Shown here: positions 1 to 7,457 of the stretch, piece by piece | How the letters are laid out: the number at the start of each line of letters is the position of its first letter | Numbering within the stretch: position 1 is the first letter of the stretch | Source: Candidatus Binatia bacterium | Lineage (GTDB): Bacteria; Desulfobacterota; Binatia; UBA9968 | Assembly: GCA_050735975.1 (NCBI GenBank) | Contig: JBOHVS010000019.1 | Location: 7,487-71,486 of the forward strand | Length of the DNA: 64,000 nt | Direction: 5' to 3' | Position numbers and translations under genes: made by a program | Notes under the pieces: generated by a model | Seen by the model: the letters and a program-made list of their open reading frames with translations, nothing else | The model's database searches: none | What the model was told of the DNA's origin: nothing

Positions 1-335
1 AATTTTGCGCCCCAACAATAAATGAGAAATACCCCTAGCGTCGCAGACAATGCCGATGGAAACCGAATGGTGACTTCTGTCATCTCTCCCCAGATCCTGG
101 ATGCGATAGCTCCGACCCAGTGAAAAAGGGGCGGCTTGGAAGGAATGTTCTGGCCGAGCTTTAGCGGGAAAAGCCACTTGCCGTTCTCCACGATGTCCTG
201 AACCACCAGGGCCTCTCTCGGCTCGCCTTTGTCGTGAAACGGGCTCTTCCCCAAAAAGAGGAAAAACACGAGACCACAAACCACGCCTAAGACCGCTACG
301 CTAATGAAATGCTCGGAAAACCCGGACAAAGCCAT
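1..335 (-). CDS. ArnT/PMT_2-like (GT39-type) membrane glycosyltransferase, N-terminal fragment; gene continues past the left edge
   Basis: Absent from the ORF track because no stop lies in the window. Hand translation of the minus strand from ATG (335-333) gives MALSGFSEHFISVAVLGVVCGLVFFLFLGKSPFHDKGEPREALVVQDIVENGKWLFPLKLGQNIPSKPPLFHWVG... This is an N-terminal TM helix followed by the KPPLxxW loop motif typical of ArnT/PMT_2 glycosyltransferases. It starts 24 nt after the stop of the upstream LPS-kinase gene on the same strand. Confidence 0.55.
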   Translation of the reverse strand, partial: MALSGFSEHFISVAVLGVVCGLVFFLFLGKSPFHDKGEPREALVVQDIVENGKWLFPLKLGQNIPSKPPLFHWVGAIASRIWGEMTEVTIRFPSALSATLGVFLIYCWGAK

Positions 336-358
336 ATTCTCCGATCGGATCGCTCGAG

Positions 359-1282
359 TCACGGTCTTTGTGACAAGATCGAAGCCGGCGCGTCATTAGC
401 GAAAGGCCCGTTCCACCGCATCAATTCTCTAAAGCTCTTCCCGCTCTGAACGTGATCGCATACCCAGCGCCTCCGCCGGGTCTTTTTTTCAAGCCATGAA
501 ATGAGGCGCCGGTCTTTGTTGTCCCATGCTTCCTTTGACAGATATTGCCTGAGAAAACGCATCCGGTCTTGAAGAGACACCCCCGGCAACGGGAACCGGT
601 TTAATTGCACCAGGTTCCTTCGCCAAAGCGCCTGAGGAATCCAATTCGGATACCTTCTGGTTCGATCATTATCCATGAAATAAAACGCAATGCCGTCTCC
701 GGGCGCCATAGAAACAAATACGTTTGACGGCACCAGGTCGCCGTGGACGAACCCCAGGCGATGAAAACGTCGAATTTCAGCAGCCAATCTGTCGATCGAT
801 CTTCTTTTTTCGAGCAGAGAAAGCGATGTTGCATTGCCGCTCCACCGATCGTACAGATAAACCGGCAACGGTTGTCCGGACACCCCCTGACTTAACAGGA
901 AAGATCTCTGCAGCCGCCTGCGTCTTCTTTGCTCTCCCGCGGCAAGCGCCAGCGGCGCGTTAAAACCCGTCTTCGATAGAGCCAACCCCTGCCGCAAAGC
1001 GCGCAGCGCTTTGGAGCTGCGAAAACAATCTTTCAGCGCGCCGGCGGCCGAACCGCAATGAAAGACTTTGAGATAGAAGACGTCCTTATCCTCCGGCGCG
1101 GCAATCTCCAGTTGGATCGTTTGCGGATGTTTTGCGGGACGCTGTTCTTCTATACTACACTGAACCGTTCTCCACAGAACTGGGTTCCAGTACTGCGGCA
1201 GAACCCACAAATTCCAATCCCCGTCTCGATAATAGTGATAACTAGGACCGAGTCGCATAGCTGCCGGGGGTTTTACTGTCAA
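359..1282 (-). CDS. Lipopolysaccharide kinase (Kdo/WaaP/InaA) family protein
   Basis: 307-aa ORF with kinase catalytic loop HGDLVPSNVFV and a basic C-terminus, embedded in the LPS core cluster. Start uncertain (alternative Met at 1258); it overlaps the stop of the upstream GT9 gene. Confidence 0.75.
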   Translation of the reverse strand: MTVKPPAAMRLGPSYHYYRDGDWNLWVLPQYWNPVLWRTVQCSIEEQRPAKHPQTIQLEIAAPEDKDVFYLKVFHCGSAAGALKDCFRSSKALRALRQGLALSKTGFNAPLALAAGEQRRRRRLQRSFLLSQGVSGQPLPVYLYDRWSGNATSLSLLEKRRSIDRLAAEIRRFHRLGFVHGDLVPSNVFVSMAPGDGIAFYFMDNDRTRRYPNWIPQALWRRNLVQLNRFPLPGVSLQDRMRFLRQYLSKEAWDNKDRRLISWLEKKTRRRRWVCDHVQSGKSFRELMRWNGPFANDAPASILSQRP

Positions 1283-2324
1283 GTGATAAGGCCAGAGCGA
1301 CCTTGTCGGCGACCTCTGCCGTCTCGATCGACTTCATGCACAGCCGATCAATAGGACAGGTTTTAGCGTTGCACGGGGAACAGTCCGCTCTGCCTCTGAT
1401 CGCCAACTGGCCGAACCCGTATGGAGCATTACGAGAAGGAGTGGTGGCTCCCCATAAAGAAACAACCGGAGTCCCAACAGCCGCGGAAATATGCATCAGA
1501 CCCGTATCAGGCCCAATGGCAACTTTCGCCCTTGAGATTATCCCAATGGCCTCACGAAGGGAAGTCTGGCCCACCAGGTTTGTCACTCCAGCACCGCATT
1601 GCGCTTGGGCTTCCGCCGCCGCTTTCTCGTCTTGCTTACTCCCGAGCAGCACAACGTCGAAACTATGCCGTCGCTGTATCGCGCGAGCGCAATCCGCGAT
1701 TTGAGCCGGGAACCATTGCTTGCTGACCCAGCGGCTGCCGACAAATAACGCGGCGTAGGCTCGACCGACCTGAGCCAGGTGTTTATCGACCCCGAGTTCT
1801 TCGTCCGCGGTTAGACGGAAAAACCATTCCACGGGTGATGTCTCCACCCCGAGGTATTCAGCAAATTTCAGATAATGTTCGAGTTTGGAGACCTGGTCTC
1901 CGACCGCAGGAATGTGCGCGTTGTTAAAGATCCAGTTAAGCTCCTTGCAATCAGAGCGATGGAAGCCGATCCGATCGGGCGCCCCGGAGAAGAAACTGAT
2001 GACTCCGCTCTTTAGGTGCCGCTGCAGATCCAAAACGAGATCGAATCGCCGCGACCGAATCCTCTTCAGGAATGGAACAAAATCACGCCATCCCCGGCGC
2101 CGGTCGAACAGGATGATTTCGTTCACCGCCGGATAATATTCGACCAACGGGAAACAGGCAGGCTCCACCGCCCAGGACAAGAATGCCTCTGGAAAACCCC
2201 GGCGGATCAGGTTTGCCAAAGGCAAGGCTCTTGTCACATCCCCGATGGAGCCGTGAAGAACAATCAGGATGCGCTTAGCAGGCTGCTCAAAAAGACTCAT
2301 ATGCTTCGACCCTGAAGGGCTCAC
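1242..2324 (-). CDS. Glycosyltransferase family 9 (ADP-heptose:LPS heptosyltransferase-like)
   Basis: 360-aa ORF. N-terminal RILIVLHGSIGDV and C-terminal GPDTGLMHISAAVGTPVVSLWG motifs are typical of GT9 (RfaC/RfaF). Start ambiguous: GTG 2324 or ATG 2300; the ATG lies inside a family A repeat core. Confidence 0.85.
   Translation of the reverse strand: MSPSGSKHMSLFEQPAKRILIVLHGSIGDVTRALPLANLIRRGFPEAFLSWAVEPACFPLVEYYPAVNEIILFDRRRGWRDFVPFLKRIRSRRFDLVLDLQRHLKSGVISFFSGAPDRIGFHRSDCKELNWIFNNAHIPAVGDQVSKLEHYLKFAEYLGVETSPVEWFFRLTADEELGVDKHLAQVGRAYAALFVGSRWVSKQWFPAQIADCARAIQRRHSFDVVLLGSKQDEKAAAEAQAQCGAGVTNLVGQTSLREAIGIISRAKVAIGPDTGLMHISAAVGTPVVSLWGATTPSRNAPYGFGQLAIRGRADCSPCNAKTCPIDRLCMKSIETAEVADKVALALSLDSKTPGSYATRS
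2281..2304. repeat. Solo copy of family A repeat core (GGCTGCTCAAAAAGACTCATATGC)
   Basis: Near-identical to 4712-4735 and 31027-31050, and to the reverse complement of 50895-50918 and 57638-57661. Overlaps the 5' end of the GT9 ORF. Confidence 0.75.
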
Positions 2325-2358
2325 CGTTCCATGACCCCTGCCTCACCGTAAGCTAGGA

Positions 2359-3138
2359 TCAAGCCTCGCCAACTTCATAAGCCTGATAGGAGCTCAAGAA
2401 ACCATTCCAATGCGTTTCCGAGACGAGCTGGCGACGCGGGTCCAGTTTGCAGATTGATCTTAGGAGCCGGTTGAGGTTTTTCCTGACCAGCCCTGCCGGA
2501 AGACCGCCCAAAAGGAGTTTTGCTTTGTCGAAGTCGATGATATAGCCCTTGATCCCATCGGGTTCGGCTCGCACCAAGATGTTCTTCACATTTAAATCGC
2601 GGTGATAAATCCCTTGCCGGTGTAAAGTCTTGAGCGTGCGCGCCACCGCGGCCAGGACAGCTTCGACCCCGAGGACGCGGACCAGCCCGCTTTGAAATGC
2701 CGTCCAAAGGTCCTGCGCCTGCTTGAGCTCTCTGGTGAGCAACCAACCGCGATAAAAAGGCCCCCACAGTGGCGCTACACAAGCCGCATAGACCTCAACC
2801 GTCGGTATACCGCGCCGGCGAATCTCCTCGGTTATCACCAATTCTCGAAACGGCCGGGGGGGCCAGGTAAAGAATACCTTTCCGGTCAGATTACGAAACA
2901 AGCCGCCATGACAGTACGCGCGAATTAAAGCAGTTTCACCGTTTTTAAGGTTGACAGAGCGCAACTGCTCCCTTCCTTGAAACGAGCTCATCAGTTGCGA
3001 CGGATGGCCCGGGACGAAGGTTTGACTATCGACGAATTCTGCAACATCCGATCGCACCACCAGGAGGACCCGATTACCGGTTGTTATCGTCTCGAACTGT
3101 CGCGGGATTGGGCCCCAAACCCAATCTCGGTTTGCCAT
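2359..3138 (-). CDS. Kdo kinase / LPS kinase family protein (KdkA-like)
   Basis: 259 aa. Has catalytic loop YHRDLNVKNILV and an IIDFDKA (DFD) motif; size is typical of 3-deoxy-D-manno-octulosonic acid kinases; lies between two GT9 genes. Confidence 0.75.
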   Translation of the reverse strand: MANRDWVWGPIPRQFETITTGNRVLLVVRSDVAEFVDSQTFVPGHPSQLMSSFQGREQLRSVNLKNGETALIRAYCHGGLFRNLTGKVFFTWPPRPFRELVITEEIRRRGIPTVEVYAACVAPLWGPFYRGWLLTRELKQAQDLWTAFQSGLVRVLGVEAVLAAVARTLKTLHRQGIYHRDLNVKNILVRAEPDGIKGYIIDFDKAKLLLGGLPAGLVRKNLNRLLRSICKLDPRRQLVSETHWNGFLSSYQAYEVGEA

Positions 3139-3197
3139 GATCGATCCTTTGGATGCCAGAGTTCGTTCCTTCTAACCACGAAGGTCCTAGCGCGGCA

Positions 3198-3378
3198 GAG
3201 CCGCAACCAAATAGGAACAGAAACTTCCACCACGAAGTGTGTCATGAGCTTACGCTCGCCCACAGAGGATGAAATGGAGGCATATCCCCTCCACCCCCTA
3301 ACCCCAATTTTCAAAGGAGGTCACGAAGAGCACGAAGTTGAAGAGTATAAACTGTCCGAACCCTTCGTGTCCTCGTGG
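3198..3378. repeat. Family B palindromic element (9-bp periodic CACGAAG arms) carrying an ~82-bp internal insertion
   Basis: 3198-3237 and 3320-3378 align almost base for base with 24874-24982 (GAGCCGCAACCAAWTAGGAACAGAAACTTYCACCACGAAG ... GTCACGAAGAGCACGAAGTTGAAGAGTATAAACTGTCCSAACCCTTCGTG). 3238-3319 has no counterpart in the second copy. Confidence 0.85.
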
Positions 3379-3417
3379 TCAAGATTCTGGTTGCCGCGCA
3401 GCCGCGCTGAGTTGACT

Positions 3418-4512
3418 TTATACCGCCATCCATTGCGGAACGTATTCACTGCGATTCATTTCCGCCGGTACCGTCGGGCCGTTCAGCAGCCGCCTGACGG
3501 CCTGCAGTACCACTTCGGGCTCAATGAGCCGAATACAGTCTTCCGTGCCGAGAGGACAGCGCCTGCCACCGTGTAAACTACACGGCCGGCAAGAAAGTCT
3601 TTTTTCAACGACAACGGCTCTAGAAGAATAAGGATAGAACCCTAGTGATGGCGTGGTGGCGCAAAAAATCGCCACCACGGGAACTCCTCGCGCAACCGCG
3701 ATATGCATCGGACCGCTGTCGTTGGAAACGAAAACTGCACAGCGGCTTAAAGCTGCGGCCAGCTCGCGAAGAGAGGTCTTGCCGGCCAGACTCACCGCGG
3801 CGTCCGGGGCCAACCGCTGGACTTGCGCTACCGTGTCCGCATCTTCAGGTCCGCCGAACAGCACCACTTCGCAATCGGTTTCAGCCTTCAAGAGACCAAT
3901 CAGTCGAGCGAAGCTCTCCGGCGCCCATCTTTTCGTCGGCCAAACAGATCCCGGATTGATGCCAATGACGGGTTTGGCGGTGTCCACGCCGAGGGAACGG
4001 AAAACGCTGTCCATCGTCTCTTCCACTCGCGAGTCGATGGGAAGGTTGATGGTTCGCCGGCAGTCTTCGGGCGAAATATCGAGCGCCGTTAAGATGGAAA
4101 GATTTCGCTCCACGTCGTGTTGCGACGGATCTCGATTGACCCGAACGTGAAATAGAAACCAACCGTTGCTCTGCCGAAACCCGATCCGCCAAGGAATTCC
4201 CGCCAAAAATAGCAATAAGGCGCTCCTGAAGGACTTGTGCGGGCAGAGGACCATCGTAAACCCTTTGCGCTTCAGCAAAGTTGCTTTACGCCATAGCCCG
4301 GTCCATCCTTTGTCGGCGCTCTTCTTATCATCCAAAATGACTTCATCAATATCCGGGTGATCGCTTAAAAGCTGCGCGCTTTGCGGCGTGCACAAGGCGC
4401 TGAGCTCGGATTCCGGGAAGCGGCGCTTGATCTCAGAAAGAAGCGGCAACGTCAGGACGGTGTCGCCCAGGAAACTGGTTTGGACTACCAGGATTTTTTG
4501 CCATCTAGCCAA
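3418..4512 (-). CDS. Glycosyltransferase family 9 (heptosyltransferase, WaaF/RfaF-like)
   Basis: 364 aa. Motifs KILVVQTSFLGDTVLTLPLL at the N-terminus and SNDSGPMHIAVARGVPVVAIF at the C-terminus are GT9 hallmarks. Confidence 0.85.
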   Translation of the reverse strand: MARWQKILVVQTSFLGDTVLTLPLLSEIKRRFPESELSALCTPQSAQLLSDHPDIDEVILDDKKSADKGWTGLWRKATLLKRKGFTMVLCPHKSFRSALLLFLAGIPWRIGFRQSNGWFLFHVRVNRDPSQHDVERNLSILTALDISPEDCRRTINLPIDSRVEETMDSVFRSLGVDTAKPVIGINPGSVWPTKRWAPESFARLIGLLKAETDCEVVLFGGPEDADTVAQVQRLAPDAAVSLAGKTSLRELAAALSRCAVFVSNDSGPMHIAVARGVPVVAIFCATTPSLGFYPYSSRAVVVEKRLSCRPCSLHGGRRCPLGTEDCIRLIEPEVVLQAVRRLLNGPTVPAEMNRSEYVPQWMAV

Positions 4513-4521
4513 TACTGGCGC

Positions 4522-4689
4522 CTAAAGGCGAATCGCCTCGTCGATCAGCATCACGGGGATATCGTCTTTTATCGGATACATGAGACGGCAGGCCTCGCAG
4601 ATGAGCCCGTCACCGCTCTGATTCAAATGAATATCTCCCTTGCATTTGGGGCAGGCCAGGATATCCAACAGATCCTTACTGATTGCCAT
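4522..4689 (-). CDS. Trm112/YcaR family (UPF0434) small zinc-ribbon protein
   Basis: Track ORF 4522..4872 trimmed to the internal ATG at 4689: MAISKDLLDILACPKCKGDIHLNQSGDGLICEACRLMYPIKDDIPVMLIDEAIRL. It shows the CPxC...CxxC pattern plus a DIPVML tail as in YcaR. The upstream 61 codons merely translate repeat family A. Confidence 0.8.
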   Translation of the reverse strand: MAISKDLLDILACPKCKGDIHLNQSGDGLICEACRLMYPIKDDIPVMLIDEAIRL

Positions 4690-4709
4690 GAACTCCTCCG
4701 TTCGACCAG

Positions 4710-4885
4710 CAGGCTGCTGAAAAAGACTCATATGCCCGCTTCGCGGTTTTGGGTCTCGAGTTCCGAGTCTCTGGTTAAACCTGAAACCCGAGACTCTGGA
4801 CTTGAAACTGCCTATGGCACGCGCCTCGCCTCTGAGCTTTTTGAGCAGCCTATAGTTAAGGTTTTTCAGCAACGTACTAACTAAG
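4710..4885. repeat. Family A composite element with ~19-bp imperfect terminal inverted repeats
   Basis: Left end CAGGCTGCTGAAAAAGACTCATATGC (4710-4735); right end TGAGCTTTTTGAGCAGCC (4833-4850) is its imperfect reverse complement. Tail GTTTTTCAGCAACGTACTAACTAAGT. Same ends as 31025-31170. Confidence 0.8.
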
Positions 4886-4886
4886 T

Positions 4887-5747
4887 CTAATCCGAAAACG
4901 GAACCAGGGCGTCGCGCCCACGTCGGTAATTCCGTTGCGTCTGATGCCCGTCGCGGTTGACGAAGAACCGCCCATACATCGGATGGTGCAGACTCCTGAC
5001 CTCGTGCTCTAACTGAAAAATTCTCCGGCCATCCTCGATGTCGATCACGTCTTGAAACCGAAATTGATGATTCCGGACGTCTTCGGTGACCAGCCCGCGC
5101 TCCTTCAAGAGCCCGTAGGGCCTGGAAAAATTACCGATGTAAATGGCAATGTGGTGCCCGTCGTAAGCTGAAGTCGCGCCGCTCTCGCGAAAAATAAGCG
5201 CCTGGTTCCGTCCGATCTTGACTCGCGCCGCCAAGCCCGACGGATCATCGGTCACGGAGAACGCTGCCCCCAATACTCTTTCATAAAAGCGGCCGATCGA
5301 TAGAGCCGCGCCCGCGGCCACTAGAAACTCGACATAAGCGAGGCCGAGCGCCATATCGCCGAAGCTCGCGGACCCGCTTGGATGGCAACGGATGTTATTG
5401 CCCCACGGACAGGTGACGTCGATGTGGTCCGCCGCTTTCATCCACCCAAAACGCGTATTTTGTAGCCGCTCTCCCAAAAGCGCCAATCGTTGTTCCAGCG
5501 TTTCGAGGTTCGGCACGACGAGGCCGATGCGCCCGTGAATAACCTGCGGGGCGCGCGTCGGCAGGTGAAATTGTTGCTCACCCATGTTGATCCACATATT
5601 TTCCAGACCGACGTTTAGATAGGGGTCCCTGGTCAGCCCCAGTCCAACCACATAGAACAACGTGGCCACCGACTGATCCGGAACTTGAAGGTTTACGTGC
5701 TCCAACAGTAATATATTCCCGACATCTTCCTCACAATAATCCTTCAT
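4887..5747 (-). CDS. Hypothetical protein, possibly two-domain VOC (glyoxalase/dioxygenase-like) fold
   Basis: 286-aa ORF filling the gap between two repeat elements. LEHVNLQV...FHLP and HHIAIYIG...LEHEVRS resemble paired beta-alpha-beta-beta-beta VOC modules with His/Glu ligands. I recognise no named family. Confidence 0.45.
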   Translation of the reverse strand: MKDYCEEDVGNILLLEHVNLQVPDQSVATLFYVVGLGLTRDPYLNVGLENMWINMGEQQFHLPTRAPQVIHGRIGLVVPNLETLEQRLALLGERLQNTRFGWMKAADHIDVTCPWGNNIRCHPSGSASFGDMALGLAYVEFLVAAGAALSIGRFYERVLGAAFSVTDDPSGLAARVKIGRNQALIFRESGATSAYDGHHIAIYIGNFSRPYGLLKERGLVTEDVRNHQFRFQDVIDIEDGRRIFQLEHEVRSLHHPMYGRFFVNRDGHQTQRNYRRGRDALVPFSD

Positions 5748-5782
5748 CGCCGTTTACCTCGCTCGCCGCGATCTTCTGACTA

Positions 5783-5870
5783 CCGTTCACCCCTCGACAC
5801 GCTCAGGGCGAACGGTATAAATCTCGCGCTAATCGGTGACTTCCGTTCATGCTGAGCTTGTCGAAGCATA
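5783..5870. repeat. Family D palindromic element (CCTCGACACGCTCAGGGCGAACGG ... CCGTTCATGCTGAGCTTGTCGAAG)
   Basis: Two ~24-bp arms are imperfect reverse complements around a ~27-bp loop. Homologous to 47995-48080. Translates as ..LSLSKH.., which creates the false start of track ORF 5849..6547. Confidence 0.8.
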
Positions 5871-5926
5871 CCGTCGATTCGCCGCAATATTATGCATCAA
5901 TAGTTGGTCGAGCGCAGACATACCGT

Positions 5927-6868
5927 CTAACTCACGACCGATCGAATCCAGTCCCATTCGCGGGCCAACCCTTCGTTCAAACTGACCTGCGGTTCGTATT
6001 TAAGCTTGGCCTTAGCCTCGTCAATGCGGGCGCTGGTGTTTCGGACATCTCCCGTCTGGCGGTCGAACCTCCTGATTTTCGCCTTCCGGCCGGAGATCTT
6101 GCCGATCAGCTCGATAGCTTCCAACAGATTCGTTCGTGTGCCGCCGCCCAAATTGAAAACCTTGCCGGAGCCTGGATAGAACGCTGCTCCAAGAATCCCG
6201 TCAACGATGTCCGAACAATAGGTAAAATCACGGGTCTGCTCTCCGTCATCATACAAAGGGATCTCCTCATCTCTAAGCAGTCCCCGCATGAAGATATGAA
6301 AGAACATGTCGGGTCGTTGCCTCGGCCCATAAACCGTGAAGAACCGAAGCGAAACCGCCGGCACTCCGAATCCTCTCCAATACAGATAGCAAAGATGCTC
6401 CGCGGCGAGTTTGCTGACGCCATACGGCGACACCGGTCGCGTAATCCCCTCTTCGCGCATCGGCAAATCGGCCGTATCTCCGTAAACCGAGGAGGAAGAC
6501 GCATAGACGATTTTATTGATCTTGCGGCCCTTACATGCCTCAAGTAGCATCTGCGTGGCGAGAACGTTGTTTTGAGAATACTCGGAGAATTCCCTCCCCC
6601 AACTCGACCGCACTCCAGGCTGAGCAGCGAGATGAAACACGTAGGAAACGTCCCGAAGCAAGTCGTTCACGTCGGTTTTCAGAAGGTCTCCTTCAACAAA
6701 TTTAAACCTGGGATGCTTGATGCAATTCGCCAGGTTCCGCTCTTTGAAGTGGCGCGGGTAATTATCGAGGAATTTATCGATGCCGATCAAGTCATGGCCC
6801 AACGCGAGCAGCTTTTCTACCAGATGGGATCCGATAAATCCCGCTGCGCCGGTGATTAGCGACCTCAT
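5927..6868 (-). CDS. NAD-dependent epimerase/dehydratase (extended SDR; UDP-sugar 4-epimerase-like)
   Basis: Motifs ITGAAGFIGSHLV (Rossmann), YGVSKLAAE (YxxxK) and YGPRQRPDM. Start moved to ATG 6868, which is preceded by GGAGGG and lies 1 nt after the gmhB stop. Confidence 0.85.
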   Translation of the reverse strand: MRSLITGAAGFIGSHLVEKLLALGHDLIGIDKFLDNYPRHFKERNLANCIKHPRFKFVEGDLLKTDVNDLLRDVSYVFHLAAQPGVRSSWGREFSEYSQNNVLATQMLLEACKGRKINKIVYASSSSVYGDTADLPMREEGITRPVSPYGVSKLAAEHLCYLYWRGFGVPAVSLRFFTVYGPRQRPDMFFHIFMRGLLRDEEIPLYDDGEQTRDFTYCSDIVDGILGAAFYPGSGKVFNLGGGTRTNLLEAIELIGKISGRKAKIRRFDRQTGDVRNTSARIDEAKAKLKYEPQVSLNEGLAREWDWIRSVVS

Positions 6869-6869
6869 T

Positions 6870-7457
6870 CTAGCCCTCCGCTCTCCGGTCAAGCTCCAGA
6901 TTTCCGACTACCCACTCGGCCGCTTGCCACAGGTCGGCCGCCACAAAACGACAGGCTGGCGGTGCTTCCTGTCCAAAACCCGAGCCGCCCTCAATCCACA
7001 CCCCTTTGGCGCCGGCGCGCGCGGCGAGTTCCATATCGATGGCTTGGTCGCCGATGACATAGGAGGCGCCCAGGTCCAGCCGGAGCTCCCGCGCCGCCTG
7101 CCGAACCATGCCGGTGTTCGGTTTTCGGCAAGCGCAGGCGACCCGGTAGCGGCCCAGGCCTTCGGTGGGATGATGTGGACAATAATAAATCGCATCGACC
7201 TTGGCGCCATTCAGTGCCAAGCTGTCGATTATTGCTGCATGAATGTTACAGAGCTCCTGTTCACTCAACATGCCTCGAGCAACCCCGGACTGATTTGTCA
7301 CCACCACGATCTTTAATCCGTTCTGCCGCAGCAACTTTAAGGCTTCAGGCCCGCGCGGAACGATCTCGATTTGGTCCGGGCGCGACAGGTAGCCCACGTC
7401 CCGGACGAGCGTCCCGTCGCGATCGAGAAATACCGCCGCTGATTTTTCAACCGGCAT
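6870..7457 (-). CDS. gmhB: D-glycero-beta-D-manno-heptose 1,7-bisphosphate 7-phosphatase
   Basis: HAD motifs FLDRDGTL, VVVTNQSGVARG, CPHHP...CACRKPNTGM and GDQAIDME. 195 aa. Confidence 0.85.
   Translation of the reverse strand: MPVEKSAAVFLDRDGTLVRDVGYLSRPDQIEIVPRGPEALKLLRQNGLKIVVVTNQSGVARGMLSEQELCNIHAAIIDSLALNGAKVDAIYYCPHHPTEGLGRYRVACACRKPNTGMVRQAARELRLDLGASYVIGDQAIDMELAARAGAKGVWIEGGSGFGQEAPPACRFVAADLWQAAEWVVGNLELDRRAEG

Noticed and set aside
4690-4872. N-terminal 61 codons of track ORF 4522..4872 (..GHMSLFQQPAGRTEEF).
   Set aside because: This stretch is the translation of the family A repeat element. The conserved YcaR/Trm112 sequence begins at the internal Met (4689). Similar spurious extensions were trimmed at 21075..21134 (lolD), 27075..27206 (sufU), 29674..29733 (sufD), 30459..30515 (sufC), 41746..42051 (tesA, antisense to ybbA), 40269..40424 (SET) and 59825..59911 (xseB).
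4710-4885. Calling family A elements insertion sequences or transposons.
   Set aside because: No transposase, integrase or other mobility gene is present in the window, and the elements are 25-176 bp. They are therefore reported as repeats (MITE/REP-like at most), not as autonomous mobile elements. I could not identify target-site duplications by eye.
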